DNA of 63,370 bases, filler included, from Reticulomyxa filosa (GCA_000512085.1; 18 parts of 18 records of this genome joined end to end with filler, not necessarily neighbours in it); one strand, 5' to 3'. Positions 39,775-52,522 are shown, numbered from the whole stretch's first letter. Notes: generated by a model from the sequence alone, not told the origin. Translations and numbers: made by a program.

Positions 39775-40716
39775 TCAGAACAAATTGGATGGAAGGAACC
39801 AAGATCGAATGAAATGAGTGAGCGAGAAAGAAATCTGAGCAGACATCACTACAGCCGCAATTCGAACTACGACCTCAAACGTGATCATAATCACAACCAC
39901 AGTCGCAACAGCAATGCCAATGGCAGAGAGAGCTCTCATAATAATCATCACCATCGTCATCATCGTCATCATCACAATAACCATAATTATAATCATGACC
40001 ATCATAATAATCGTAATCATAATCCTAATAACCACTACATGCATCAGGAAGCACCACCTCCTTTGAACACCAAACGCGGATGCAAGAGCAGTCACGATAT
40101 CACCAATGCGATGGAATCAATGGCATATGCGCCGAGCACGAGCCACCGTGTGTCGTCATCGCACGCTCAGACGAACGCGGGAGCGCATCACAACTCCAAA
40201 CAGTGGTCTTCGTTGAACAAAATTAGCAATGCGCTGACGCTGTCCAATCGCACAAACATCGCAGGTCATCACTCGGGCCATAGGAAGAGCACGCGCCAAG
40301 ACGTGACATACGAGCTGAAGTGGGAACAAGCGCGTCTGTTGAAAACCTTCCACGAAAAACAGGCGGCTAATGACATTGCCTCGATTTTCGGAGGCAAAAA
40401 TGTAAATCACACGTGGTCCAAATTCGCGACCTATTGCACCGACACCTTCATCTTGACCACCGCATTCACAAACGCTTTGCACGTCAAGCGCGCAAATCAC
40501 AATGAACAAAACTATGCCAAGCACAACAATAGTCCGTATTACTCCGATGACACACTCGCCCTCGGTGATTTGGAGCATGTCATGCACGAACTCTTGTCCA
40601 ACTTTTGCATGCAAAAGCTGCAATACAATAACCCTGTTTCATTAAAACAAGTTTCGATTCACTTCTTTTTATGCTTGTTTGTTGTTGTTGTTGTTGCTGT
40701 CATTAATACATTTTAA

Positions 40717-40763
<47 letters not shown>

Positions 40764-41170
40764 TATTGTTATTATTAAAACGGATTGTCTTTTTTTAAAA
40801 AAAATAAAAATAAAAAAATAAAAATTAAACTTTTACCCCTTCCCCTAACAAATATATTCGAATACAAGGTGAAACCGTGGATAAGCGAGTTTCAAGAAAT
40901 AATGTATGACCATTTCAAAAGCAAGACGTTTTCGTTGGAAATGGTGCAGTGTTTTCCTCTTATCCTTGCAACCCATTTGCAAAACAAATTTGGAGGGATG
41001 GAAAAGGTGATTGAGCGTGCTCACAAAGCAGTTTGCAAAATCATTGGCCCACAGTACGATGCTAGCATCAGCGTCAGTGCCAGCGCCGACGGAGACGACG
41101 GCGATAGAAACAGAGGTAGACATAAAAGAAATAATGTTGATGATGATGATGATGATGATGTTTATATTGA
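39775..41170 (+). CDS. His/Asn-rich hypothetical protein fragment, multi-exon
   Basis: 300-aa ORF with a poly-H/N region and then a globular-looking part. A second exon follows an (ATT)n intron (VKPWISEFQEIMYDHF...). Confidence 0.6.
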
Positions 41171-41327
41171 NNNNNNNNNNNNNNNNNNNNNNNNNNNNNN
41201 NNNNNNNNNNNNNNTTAATTAATTAANNNNNNNNNNNNNNNNNNNNNNNNNNNNNNNNNNNNNNNNNNNNTTTTTTTTTTTTTTGCATATTAGAGTTCAA
41301 AAAAAAAAAAAAAGGGATTGCCTCAAG

Positions 41328-41771
41328 TTAAATGCGTCCTCTAAACGGAACTAAATGTGAAGCGTCTGTAGTTCGGATAAACAACTCAATGGAAATGTCA
41401 TTGTTGTTTGCATCGTCGTCGTTTGGTTGGCTTTCGTCGTTGGACGGCTGGCGGAAAATACTTTGCTTTTCCAATTCTCTGACCACACTTTGGGCTGATC
41501 TTTTCGTCACCAATTTGTAGAGGGATTTAAATGTCTTCGTGTTGTTGATCTCTGCTCCTTTAAATGTTATTGTTTGCTTGTTCGGAGGAGACGGAAATTT
41601 GTTCTCGTCGTACAGCTTCTGCTTCAGGTGATACACACTCCAGTCCAAAGGCACATCCAAATCCAACCGAAAGTTATCCACTCCTTGAAGGCAGACGCGA
41701 ACCTTGGGAGGAGATTTTCCACTCACCGCATTTTCACCTTTTGCTATGATCGCGTTTTCTGCTGTTGCCAT
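41328..41771 (-). CDS. Ubiquitin-like domain protein
   Basis: VRVCLQG...LDVPLDWSVYHLKQKLYDE..FPSPPNKQTITFKGAEINNTKTF fits the UBL pattern (TV..LK..I.....P...Q.LI..G..L.D..TL). Confidence 0.72.
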   Translation of the reverse strand: MATAENAIIAKGENAVSGKSPPKVRVCLQGVDNFRLDLDVPLDWSVYHLKQKLYDENKFPSPPNKQTITFKGAEINNTKTFKSLYKLVTKRSAQSVVRELEKQSIFRQPSNDESQPNDDDANNNDISIELFIRTTDASHLVPFRGRI

Positions 41772-43206
41772 TATTTCTATTTTTATTTTTATACACTCCC
41801 TTTCGAACTTCCTAATCTTTTCTTCTGTTTGCTGAAGTCTGCAATATTACATATTCTGTGTCCATTTGTAGTCGCAAAGTAAATTTAAAATCTTTATCAA
41901 CTAATCCATACGGAGTGTTCTTCTTTTTTTGTTTTCTCTCAGCTGGGATGTTATATTGTAGACCCACACCTCGAACGTTTTGACAAAAATACATTAAAAA
42001 TAGAACCTATGTTATTCAGTTGTCAAAATTTTTTCCATTAATGCCATGCTCCGAAATTTTCAAAATATTGTAAATGGATGAGCTTTTTGGTTAACATTCA
42101 TCAATAGTAAAAATTTTAAGAAGTAACAAATTGAGAGTATTAATGGTTGTGCAAATGATTTTGAAAATTTGTGTTGTAAAATTGACAATGAAGGGATGTT
42201 CCTTGTCAAAAAAAAAAACACGGTAACGTATGTCATAGTTAATAAATTATTTTTTGGGATGCCAGTCATCGTCCAAGGACGAAGTACCAGTCAGCGAGGA
42301 ATCAAATCCTGTCAGTCCCTCATCCGATCCAAAAGTTTTTTTAAGATCTTTGCCGTCGCCAATCAATGATTTTGTAATAATTTGCATTCCCTCAATCCAC
42401 CGGTCGACACATCGACCAACACATTTCTTCTCGCCACTTCCTAAAGAGCTTCCAATTTTGTTCAGACATGATAAGAAACATCGTTCCGAAAGCTATTTTA
42501 TCATTCCAACAACAATGAAAAAAAGTAATAGAAAACGCGGGAATATTCTATCTGTTTAGCCACGTTAAAAAAAATTTAAGCTAACCCTCTTACTCAGTTG
42601 TTCGACTGTACTAATCAAATGTGCTTGTTGGAGTTGATTTGTCAATTCTTGAACATCAAATTTTTCTTCTGACATGGCTTTAGATTATCGATATTTTACC
42701 CTTTGAAGAACTTTTTACCTTAAAACTAGTTGGTACATTCACAAAACTCTAAAATGAAAAAAATTTAAAAATTACTGTCTCCAAAACTAATTTACAATAA
42801 ATATTTGTTTTTCATGGAGAAATCGATTATCTTAATAAGTAGCACAAAAGGTGTGACGTTTGCTTTTGCGGAACATATCTTTGATACACAATAGTTTGCA
42901 AAAAAAAAGGATAACTTGACGCAAACACTGATAGACTGAAAACAATCTAATGATTTTTTCAATGTTCTACACAGTGCAGAACTTAAACAAAAATGAAATT
43001 CGTGTACTGCATTAGTAAAACAAAAATTCCGTAAATAATGTAAATTATTGAATAATTTTATTTTTTGTCCCAAATAAAGAAAGTAAGAATGGTGTCACAA
43101 ATGGAGCAAATCCTGCACTCATCTTTTCAGAAGATCCAAAAAACATAAAATTATCCTATGTTGGAATATTTTTGTTGGCTCGTTTAGGTGTTATGCAAAT
43201 ATATGC

Positions 43207-44500
43207 CTAACTGTTTAGTTTCCATATCTGCCCATTATGATTTTTTGGTCTCCATATATGTCCATAATGACTTTTTGGTTTCCTTGTCTTTACATTAAAA
43301 TAGTCATCGAAATATTGTTTGCATGTATTGAACGAGTTATAAATCTTTTGATAATCAATATCTGCAGCAAATTTCTCAACTAGTGATTCAAGTGAGTCAA
43401 AATTTTGATATTTTTCCATATTTCCGCTTATCTTTGAGATAAAAGCAAACAATATCTTATTTCATTTCTTAGATTGTATGTATAAATAAAAAATAAACTT
43501 GTTTAAATATACCTTGTTATGTAATGTATCAAAATCAATAAATTTCACTTGACAAAACACATAGTTATTGTCAGAGTAAAACAACATATCCAGATTATGA
43601 CATGAATTTCCAGGTAATATTAGTATTATTCCCTCGATTATGTATTGCTTGGTAAGAACTATTTTAATCTTCAAAAATGAATAAGCTAATACTGTATTCC
43701 AATCATATAGAAAAAAGCTATTAAGCAAGTTGAAAAGAAATTGTTCTTGCTCAATGATGTAATAAAAGAAGTGACACATATATGCAGCATTACTTGACAG
43801 ATTGTTCTAATTTGAATAACTCATTGATTTATTTATATTGCATTATTAAATTTTTATTTTTTTGTTTTTGATTGAAAAATGCATTAAACACATGGTGTGA
43901 TTTCCAAACAGTTAATCAATATCTTCAACTTCCAGTCTTTGTCGTCATCACAATTATAATAATATAGAATTTCTTTACCTAAGGATATTCCTTTCAAATA
44001 AATTAAAGCTGGTTTGCTATTTGATTGTGTTTGTTTAGTTGCAGTACCTGTTGTAGTATATAATATGACTCATTGAACAAGTTTATAATCAATTGATGAA
44101 ATGAATTTCGCCTGTTGACAGATTTGTTTGTTATTGTATATTAAAAAGTGTGTTAGTTTCAAGTCAGATAAACATATCAAGCTTCAAGTGGTTCCAATTG
44201 TTGTTCTTCAACGATCAAGTTCGATAATCGTTACAATGAAACATATTTTTCCCACAAATCTTGAATACTTTTTAAAATACTATAAACGACGTTTATATTC
44301 TAATTCGTGAATTAGAACTAGTCCTTCTATGTGTTCGATATTCACATTTAACTAGTTTTCTTTTTTTTGAATTTATTTAGACATACTTTTGATGTCGCAA
44401 GCAAAGCTTCATCAACTTCTTCAACTCTATTGCTAGAAGCTGATGTGAAAAATCAATCATTACTTTATCTGCAGCTGCAGGAGATTGATTTCTTTTGTTT
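43207..44500 (-). pseudogene. Decayed intron-containing gene-family copy
   Basis: Protein-like fragments with stops. 43300-43620 is homologous to 45400-45750 on the opposite strand. Confidence 0.45.
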
Positions 44501-44708
44501 ATGTTAGCTCTTATTTCTTTTTCTCGAAATGTGAATGTCACATTTTTATCAGTTAATATTTCATTTATTTAATCAAATAAGCTGTGCTTGCAGCATCAAA
44601 AGTATGTCTTAATAAATCCAAATATATGCATATCTTATATTTTAATTTAATTTACATTAAAAATTATAAAATACATAAAAAAAAACAAATATGTAGATTG
44701 ATTCTAGT

Positions 44709-45800
44709 CGTTGTCCTCACATAATCGTTTTTGGTGATTCTGGTGTCGGAAAATCACACTTCGTCGATCATTATGCAGATACGTATTATTATGATAACAG
44801 TAATTACTAAAGAGTGGAAAAAAAAGATTTTTTCCTTTGACTATTTGTTTTAATGATCAAACAGCAATGTATTCACCGAAGATCGATAACGAATTTGAAA
44901 TGGAGACAATTTTACGTGTTTGCTTTTAATACTTTTTTTTTCAAAATATTTAAAAAAAAGAAGAAGAAAAAATATACCGAAAATAACTGAATTCACAATA
45001 TTGACATTAATAGTAATTGCAGCAGCATTAAATGACGACTATCTAAGATATCCATTTAGGAGATGTTCGTATATTTCTAAATTCGTTTATGAATCCATCA
45101 ATATTTGCAATGGAAGACATTTGTTGTGGATTAATTTTGTTGAGACTTAATGCATTGCGAATCTTGAAAGCGCTAAAATGAATCCATTTATTTATCCTTT
45201 TCTGATTTATGTCAACATAGTTAATATTATGATATTAATGTTTTTTTTAATTTGTATTTTATTAAAAATCAAAAAACAACAGATTTTTGCAGAATAAAGG
45301 AATAAACGTGAAATAAAATTTGATTTATCAAATTCAATTGAAAAGATTGATATTTGTCAAAATTTCGAAACTTATTATCTTTGCAATAAATTAGAACGTC
45401 CAGGATTATATAAATTTCCAAATCAAAAGGATTTTGATATCTTGCTTTGTTTGAAACAATATCGCAGTAAATCTTGTCAAAATATATTTATATCTTTCGA
45501 TAGAACTTGTAATGTATGTTTAAACAAGTTTATTTTTATTTTTATTTTTATACAAATAATTCAAATAAAATGAAATAGAATAATATAATATTGTTCTATT
45601 TTTTATTTCAAAGGTTAGCTAAATAAATAAAGTATATGATTTTAATATATTTGAATCACAGCTGATAAACCTGCTTCAGTTGTCGATTATAGCAAGGCCA
45701 CCACTTCATCCAATTCACGAAAAATGCCAAATGATTATGTTAATTGTCTTGACCAAAACGAACAGAAAACAGAAGATGAATACGATGATAAAAGTGAAAT
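44709..45800 (+). pseudogene. Decayed gene with small-GTPase (Ras-like) P-loop
   Basis: HIIVFGDSGVGKSHFVDHY (G1 motif) at about 44718-44775. No intact DxxG or NKxD was seen, and downstream frames are interrupted. Confidence 0.5.
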
Positions 45801-46541
45801 ATAAAATCATGAAATAGAACATTATGAAAGAAAACAAAAGTCAAAAAAAAAATTTATCTTTATTTGCTCAATATATACACAACTCAGAACAAAAATTCAA
45901 GAACATTATAATTTAATCTATGTTAGATATAATAAGTTGATCTCTTTTGGATCCCCTAAAAAAATGATTGAAGGATTTGCTTCATTCTTAATGCCTTTAT
46001 GGCATATAATTTATGAAGCAAAAATGAAGAATTGTCTGTTTCAGTAGGCTTGCATTGGTTAAAAGAAATAATTTGCTGTTTATTGCTTTGTTTCACTGAT
46101 ATAGTTTTACGTTTTTCCTTAGTTTGAATTTTTCTTCAAAAATTTGACAATTTAAACAAATGAACATGAAATACTATAATATTGTGATTGCTAAACAAAT
46201 CTCATTTGTTTTTGGTAGTTTATGGTTATCAAAATTATTTTAAAAAAATTAGAAAGTTTGCAGATTTTTTAATTCGCATTTCTGTTTGAGTTCCATCGCA
46301 TCATGTTCAATTTCAACTAACGTTGATATTTTATGCCAGTAATAGCGTTTACAATTTGCCAATGTTTTATGTTTACAAATTTCACTAAACGATTTTATTT
46401 TAACATTAACAAACACAGTAGCAAAGCACGTGTAAACATCTGAGGCTAGAATAAGTGTAATGCTTACTAGAAAGCAGAAAACTCACAAGTTGACTGAACT
46501 ATTTTGCTTGAAGTTTTTTTTTTACTCGGTTCCCTTTTGAT

Positions 46542-47482
46542 TTGCAGGAGATGTCGGAATTGAGTAGTGCGTTAAATTGGACAAGCATCCAAGTGAAAGA
46601 ATGGGTAGTAACAGGGAAATTAGGAGGTTTAACAGAGAGCGAAGCACATGAGTTTGGTAAGATTGTGGAAACACACAACATCAACGGTATGGCCATGTTG
46701 ACAATGACAGATTCAAAATTGGTTGAGTTGGGAGTGAGTAACCAGCATGTGGCTTGGACCATCCAAGATGCAGTTGAGCAACAAAAAAAAAAAGTTGAAA
46801 GTTCAATAACCCCCCTTTTTCCAAAAAAAAATGTAAAAAATGCAGATATACAGTTTATTGACGAGCGTGGAAACAAGTGAATGGCTGAAGTCTTTACATG
46901 GCACGTTTGTGTCAAAAGAATATGACAAAAGCGTACTAGCGAATGGGGTGGACATAAGTACATTGCATATCAGTTGCGACAAAGCATTTTTGCAGCAGGT
47001 GTTCACCACCGACGAGACCGAATTGCACACATTGGAAAATGTGTTATTGGCAATGAGCACCATTCGTCAAAACAAAATCAAATCGGGGGCGATCCATGTC
47101 GGCGGTGCCCCAAAGAAGGGTTCCACTGAAAAAAATACACCATTACTTGTAAATAAACAAATCAAAACAAAGCAAAGCAAATAAATAAATAGATATATTA
47201 TATATATATACATATATATAATATATCTATTTATTTATTTGATTTTGTTGTTTTGCAATGTGGAAATAGGATAAATATTTGGCATTGTACGATGACTTGG
47301 ACAAGTTCAACTCGTTCGAAGAACTGCAATCGCGCATTGACGAATTGATCGTGAGCGACGAGACGCAGTTGTCAAAGGAAGTCCAAAGCCTACCTTTTTA
47401 CGATACTGTGGAAATGGTGATCAAACACGAAGCATCGCTATGTCCTTACAACAATAGCAGTCATAGCCATAATAATAATAAC

Positions 47483-47551
<69 letters not shown>

Positions 47552-48027
47552 GGCCATAACACAAACAATATCAACATCAACGCCAATGGCAGCAGCTTCA
47601 ATCTCGGTCTAGGCAGCCATGCGCGGGTTCGCACGATAGACAACGAGAAGTCGGCGCCGCGCCATAACATTGACTTGGACTTGTTTTTCACGACGCAGCC
47701 GAACGAGTTGAACCAAGAGAACAAGTGTCAGGAGTTGATGGACTACATATCCACCACGCAAATTCGGACGCACTTGGCGTTGGACATGCTGTCCAACTTT
47801 GGCATCACCTTGAAGGACATTGAGGCGTTTATCAACTCGGACAAGGCCAACGAGCTGTCAGTCATCGGCTATCCCAATATGAACTCGTTTGTCGATTGCG
47901 CTCATTTCATTCGCAAAAACTATCGCAATTCCAAAGTCTTGGCTTTTGCTATCGTCGATGTGGACAACTTTGCCGAAGTGTGCAAGTTTTTAAACAATAT
48001 ATACATATATACATATATACATATATA
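46542..48027 (+). CDS. Tandem SAM-domain protein with poly-Asn linker and a putative GGDEF domain start, 3'-truncated
   Basis: SAM1 NWTSIQVKEWV...FGKIVETHNINGMAMLTMTDSKLVELGV; SAM2-like TSVETSEWLKSL...YDKSVLANGVDISTL; C-terminal ELSVIGYPNMNSF...LAFAIVDVDNFAE. Confidence 0.7.
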
Positions 48028-48127
48028 NNNNNNNNNNNNNNNNNNNNNNNNNNNNNNNNNNNNNNNNNNNNTTAATTAATTAANNNNNNNNNNNNNNNNN
48101 NNNNNNNNNNNNNNNNNNNNNNNNNNN

Positions 48128-48222
48128 GTTCGCACCGTGTGTGATTGATATATTTTGTTTAAGCTTTGTTTCCAAAAAAATAAGGAGCTCGTCAATTCTC
48201 TCCAGGCTCGTGTTCGAAACAT
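48128..48222 (-). CDS. Possible N-terminus of a mitochondrial-targeted protein, truncated
   Basis: ATG 48222 MFRTRAWRELTSSLFFWKQSLNKIYQSHTVR, Arg/Ser-rich and open to the contig end. Divergent from RPL31. Confidence 0.3.
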
Positions 48223-48499
48223 GTGGCCACATTTGAAAATATGTTTGTCAAAGCGAACAAAAAAATTCCGTTTAACTCCCTGCTGTAGCTTCTAACAATT
48301 GTTTTTAGCGCTTTTCTGTCCTGTTTTTCAAAGTCTGTTGACTTACTTTTTTTTGTATGCAAGATACCATAAAGAAAATTTAAATTGTCTCCTAGGACTT
48401 TCCTTTTTGGGGTTTGTTTTAAAAAAAAAAATTCTAAACGAGGCAATCAAATCTCGGCCCAGTGTGTGGAATTGATAATTTATTCGTGATTGAGTAAGA

Positions 48500-48982
48500 A
48501 TGCCAAAAACCACTGACGTCCAGAAGAGCACAGATGCAAAAAAAAAAGAAAACGTCCTCCAGCGATTGAAACGACAGTTTATATTCGAAGAAAAGTCAGA
48601 AATGTGTAAGTTTAAAAAAAGATATGTGTAATGATTTTATTCCTCTACACAAGAGATTTGCGCAGTGTCGCAATATTTGACAAAAACCAAAATTGTTTTT
48701 TTGTGTGAAAAAAGAACAAACCACAAACGCACTCCTCGCGCAATTAAAGCTATAAGAAGTAGAGCACGTCAATTATATAATGTTGCTTTGGTTAAAATGG
48801 ACACAGGACTAAATAAAGTTGTGTGGGCCGGAGGAGTCAAGAGACCTCCAGCACGCGTCCGAGTAAAATTTGAACTGAAAAAATCAAAATCGCACGGAAA
48901 CCAACCTTGTGTATTTGTGTCACACGTCCCTGTGACTTCATTCAAAAAGCTGCGAACCAAGATATTGGCCCGAGGACAGTAA
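48500..48982 (+). CDS. RPL31: 60S ribosomal protein L31 (eL31), divergent; intron 48606-48714
   Basis: IETTVYIRRKVRNV then TNHKRTPRAIKAIRSRA...VKMDTGLNKVVWAGGVKRPPARVRVK...VSHVPVTSFKKLRT. One frameshift in the A10 run near 48540. Confidence 0.88.
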
Positions 48983-49439
48983 TGTTGACTACTGTACCAA
49001 ACATAAGTGAAGCTTTGTTGGTTTTTTGTTCTTTTGAATTTATTTTTGTTGATTTAGAAATGCAAATTTGTATTTTTAACTTCAACATTGTGATTACACA
49101 ACCAAGTGTCTTTCGTGACTAAATTAATTTTGATGCACCATTCGAGGTTCCTTTTTTTATTTTAAAAAATTCTAATTGGACCCCACAAGGATCTTTTTGT
49201 CACATGGTTGACTATTCAACATTTAAATTGTTAAAAAATTTGGCAAAAGATTACTATTGCTGGAAAATCCAAGAAGGTTTTTCAGGAACAAGGTTGTAAA
49301 GGATTGTAGTTGCATTGTTTATCACTGATAGGAACATGTTTTCTAAACTTCGCTAGATTATCTCCAAGAGTGAATACACAATCTGTACCCACAAAAAAAC
49401 CAAATAAAATTTGCAAAAAATTGTTTCAAATGCTTGGTG

Positions 49440-50948
49440 TCAGGGACTATTCAATAAAAGTGATTCAAAATGGAATGCCGTGAAGGAAATGGCAGAGCAA
49501 AATAATCCAATCAGCGCTTTTCACGAAAGAGAAAGAACAGAGCAAACAAGCAAGGATACTATTTGATTTGTCCAAAAAAAAAAGAAACAAGATAAAGTAT
49601 GCAAAACCTAACCACCAGCCACGACGTCGGAATAATGATGATAGTATTGAACGAGTCGAGAAATGCCCACATAAGAAGACAAAAGTAACGGGAAAGTGAC
49701 AACAAAGATAGGCAAAATGGTTGGATACATTTGTTCAAATGCGCTTTGAAAAAATAAGTAGTCAATATCAATTGTGCCAGGACCTCTCTTTTTTATATAC
49801 TTTGTTTTCAACAACTCTTTACTCCTATTTTTTTTTAAACTACATATTTTCCAAATTACTTTGTAATTTTTCATTTTTATAATAACTGACAACACCTATT
49901 TTTATGACTAAACAAATGACAATGCAATTAACTTTCTGTTGTATGCCCGGAAAGCAGAAAACAGCAAGTGATAGGACAAAAGACCACAAAAACAAAAGCT
50001 AACAGCAGTGTGCATTGACGGAAATGATTGTCTTGAATCTTGTCCCCCCTACATACGTTTTATTGTTATCCTTTATATGACCAACAAACTTGTATTGAGA
50101 CATGGAAAGATAATCAATAACAAAACAGCAGAATTCCAATAGTTTGGGCGGGGTCGGCCAACTGCATACTTAATTGCTTTTTTTTTTTTTTGAGTGGTTG
50201 ATGAAGTACGAAACACTCAAAAAAAATCTTAGAATTTGTTCATTTTGTTAAGATAAGGGGAGAGAAAAAAGGAGTAAGGAGAGTCGCAACACAAAGACAT
50301 AAATCACATTCTTACTATTTCCGAGCACTTCCGTTATCAAAACAGCTGTCAGCAATTCACGGCACAATATTTCAATGATCAACTATCATAATTTATTTTA
50401 TTTTATTTTTCTAATACACCCAAATTGCAAGCATATCAACTAGCGTTTTGCACTTTTTTTTGTCGTCATTATGTTTTTTTTTGTACGTATACATAACAAC
50501 ACCACAACGTTCTGCGTTTTATACAATGAGTGCATGAATGAACAACAAGGAAAACAAAACAAACATAAAAAAAAACTAAGAGAACTAATTTATAATGAGC
50601 ATCTTGCAACCAATGACCGGATTGAATATAATTCCATGATATGCTAAAGGCCAAAAATAATAACCATAAACCGATACAAAAGAGATAGTTCTCCCACACA
50701 GTGATTTCATGTTTCTTTGGGTAGGAGAACTGTGCACTTCTCTCTTGTATTTTGCAGTTTGGAGCTGTTGTCTCACCAGGGATACATTGTATGTGCGTAT
50801 CTTGATTGTAATACGTTATTATTTGGACTGCTCCTAATAGTATTATACACCCCCAATCTACCAATCTGCTCTTCTTTGATTTCATCCGACAAGGAGTCCG
50901 AGCTGCCCTCGAAACGTTACTCTGCAACACCAATGAACTGTTGTCCAT
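49440..50948 (-). CDS. PAP2-family lipid phosphate phosphatase, multi-exon
   Basis: C1 IKYAVGRPRPNYW (about 50135-50175); C2 SRQSFPSMH (about 50010-50037); C3 GISRLVQYYHHYSDVVAG; several TM segments. Confidence 0.88.
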
Positions 50949-51468
50949 TGGTGCCTTGCTGGTTATTGCTCGTACAGAGGGCTTGAAAAATTGGACAAAG
51001 AGATACAGCCTTTCCTTCTCTTTGTATTTGAAAGGGGGTTTTTCTTCATCACACCCCTACAAAACGTTCCAACCTTTTTTAGTAAAGCCAGTACTGTTGG
51101 ACCTGCTGTGTTTTATAGTTTGCAATTTTTATACTTAATTATTCAAAAAATAAAAAAACAATTTTTTTGGAAGCAAGGACTATGGACCATGTTTCCAGAG
51201 TTACATCAAATTTTAAAAAAAGTGTAATTTCATACACGTCTACGAAGATATGCACCAGTGCCATGAAAAAAATTAGTTTATAATAAGCAAATTTGGAATT
51301 TTGTAAAACATTCTTAAATAGAGAACAACGTAAGTGAAATGAAAAACGTAAAAAGCAAAAGTTTGAACAAAAAAACTACCAAAAAAGAGCGCAGTGTTCT
51401 GGGAACAAGAACAAAGGACTGAGCTGAAAGCAGAGCGCAATTAGCAGAAGAGAAAAAGAGTTGATTTG

Positions 51469-52422
51469 TTAAAGAGCGTGTAAATGTTGATAATGTTGAT
51501 ACAAGTCAGGACAATGTTCTTTGATGCCATCCCACCCAGTTTGTAATAAACCTTTTAGAGTTTTTTCAATGAAAGGTTCAGTAGCCAATCGTTTAATGAC
51601 CTTTGCTTTTTCCCATGATACAGACGCCTGTGCATGTATTGTTTTGCTTTTGTGTGTACCTCCTACTACTTGCGTTAGATTAACTCTAGTATAGCACTAA
51701 CACATATACACAGAGCAATTAATAGTCAAACCTTTCCATTTCTTTTTCCACTTTTGTCGACAAACTCAACCCACAGCACCAGAAACTCCATCACCTCTGA
51801 CCGAGCCTTCACATGCGCATCCAGCACAACGCCGAGACATTTTCGGCGATTCCAAGTGGCCTCGATAATATCATTTTTTTGATACATGGGCAAATGTCTA
51901 GAATTTTTGGTAGATGCACGTTCACGATCCATCTTTACATTCGAAGCGAGGTACTCGGAAAATTTCCTTTTCGATGACCGTCGAGACGAAGTCGTTCTGT
52001 TTTCGATATCGCTTTTAGTCAACATTACAAAAACAATGTTCCTTCCCCCCCCTCTATGGAAAAGCAAGACAATACAGCCATAAAGAAATAAATAAGTTTA
52101 TTTATTTGTGCATATAGTCAATTGAAACCTGGAACGTAACACCTCGGTCGTGTCACAATCCGATAGTGACACCGTTTGTTCCGAATTGGAGTCACACGAG
52201 TGGACAAAAGGCAGAGTCTCGACGGCAGTGGCAACAACAGTCGTAGTGACACACACACTCGCTTGTGAGTCGGCCGAGCAGTTTTCTTTCTCTTGCTGAG
52301 CGAGGTCCAGCAGCGGAATGTGTAGCGTGTCTTCAAGCACAAAGGGAATGGGGTCGTCGATGACCTCGTCATGTCTGTAACCAATCGTAAGAACAAAAGT
52401 GTATATTTCGAAAAGAGGGGGG
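51469..52422 (-). CDS. Hypothetical protein with a Tudor/chromo-barrel-like C-terminal domain, 5'-truncated
   Basis: YQKNDIIEATWNRRKCLGVVLD...EFLVLWVE...SWEKA resembles the Royal-family beta-barrel pattern. Exon structure is approximate. Confidence 0.45.
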
Positions 52423-52522
52423 NNNNNNNNNNNNNNNNNNNNNNNNNNNNNNNNNNNNNNNNNNNNTTAATTAATTAANNNNNNNNNNNNNNNNNNNNNN
52501 NNNNNNNNNNNNNNNNNNNNNN

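Noticed and set aside
39775-40095. Hydrophobic Met/Ile/Leu-rich ORFs (also 47461-47724, 21784-22092, 4426-4749) as membrane proteins
   Set aside because: They are antisense shadows of poly-His/Asn/Lys trinucleotide repeats in real genes.
23747-48027. A clustered defence island formed by the RNF213-like, SAM-GGDEF, UBL and bacterial genes
   Set aside because: The RNF213-like, bacterial and UBL/SAM-GGDEF genes lie on three different contigs separated by artificial linkers, so proximity carries no information.
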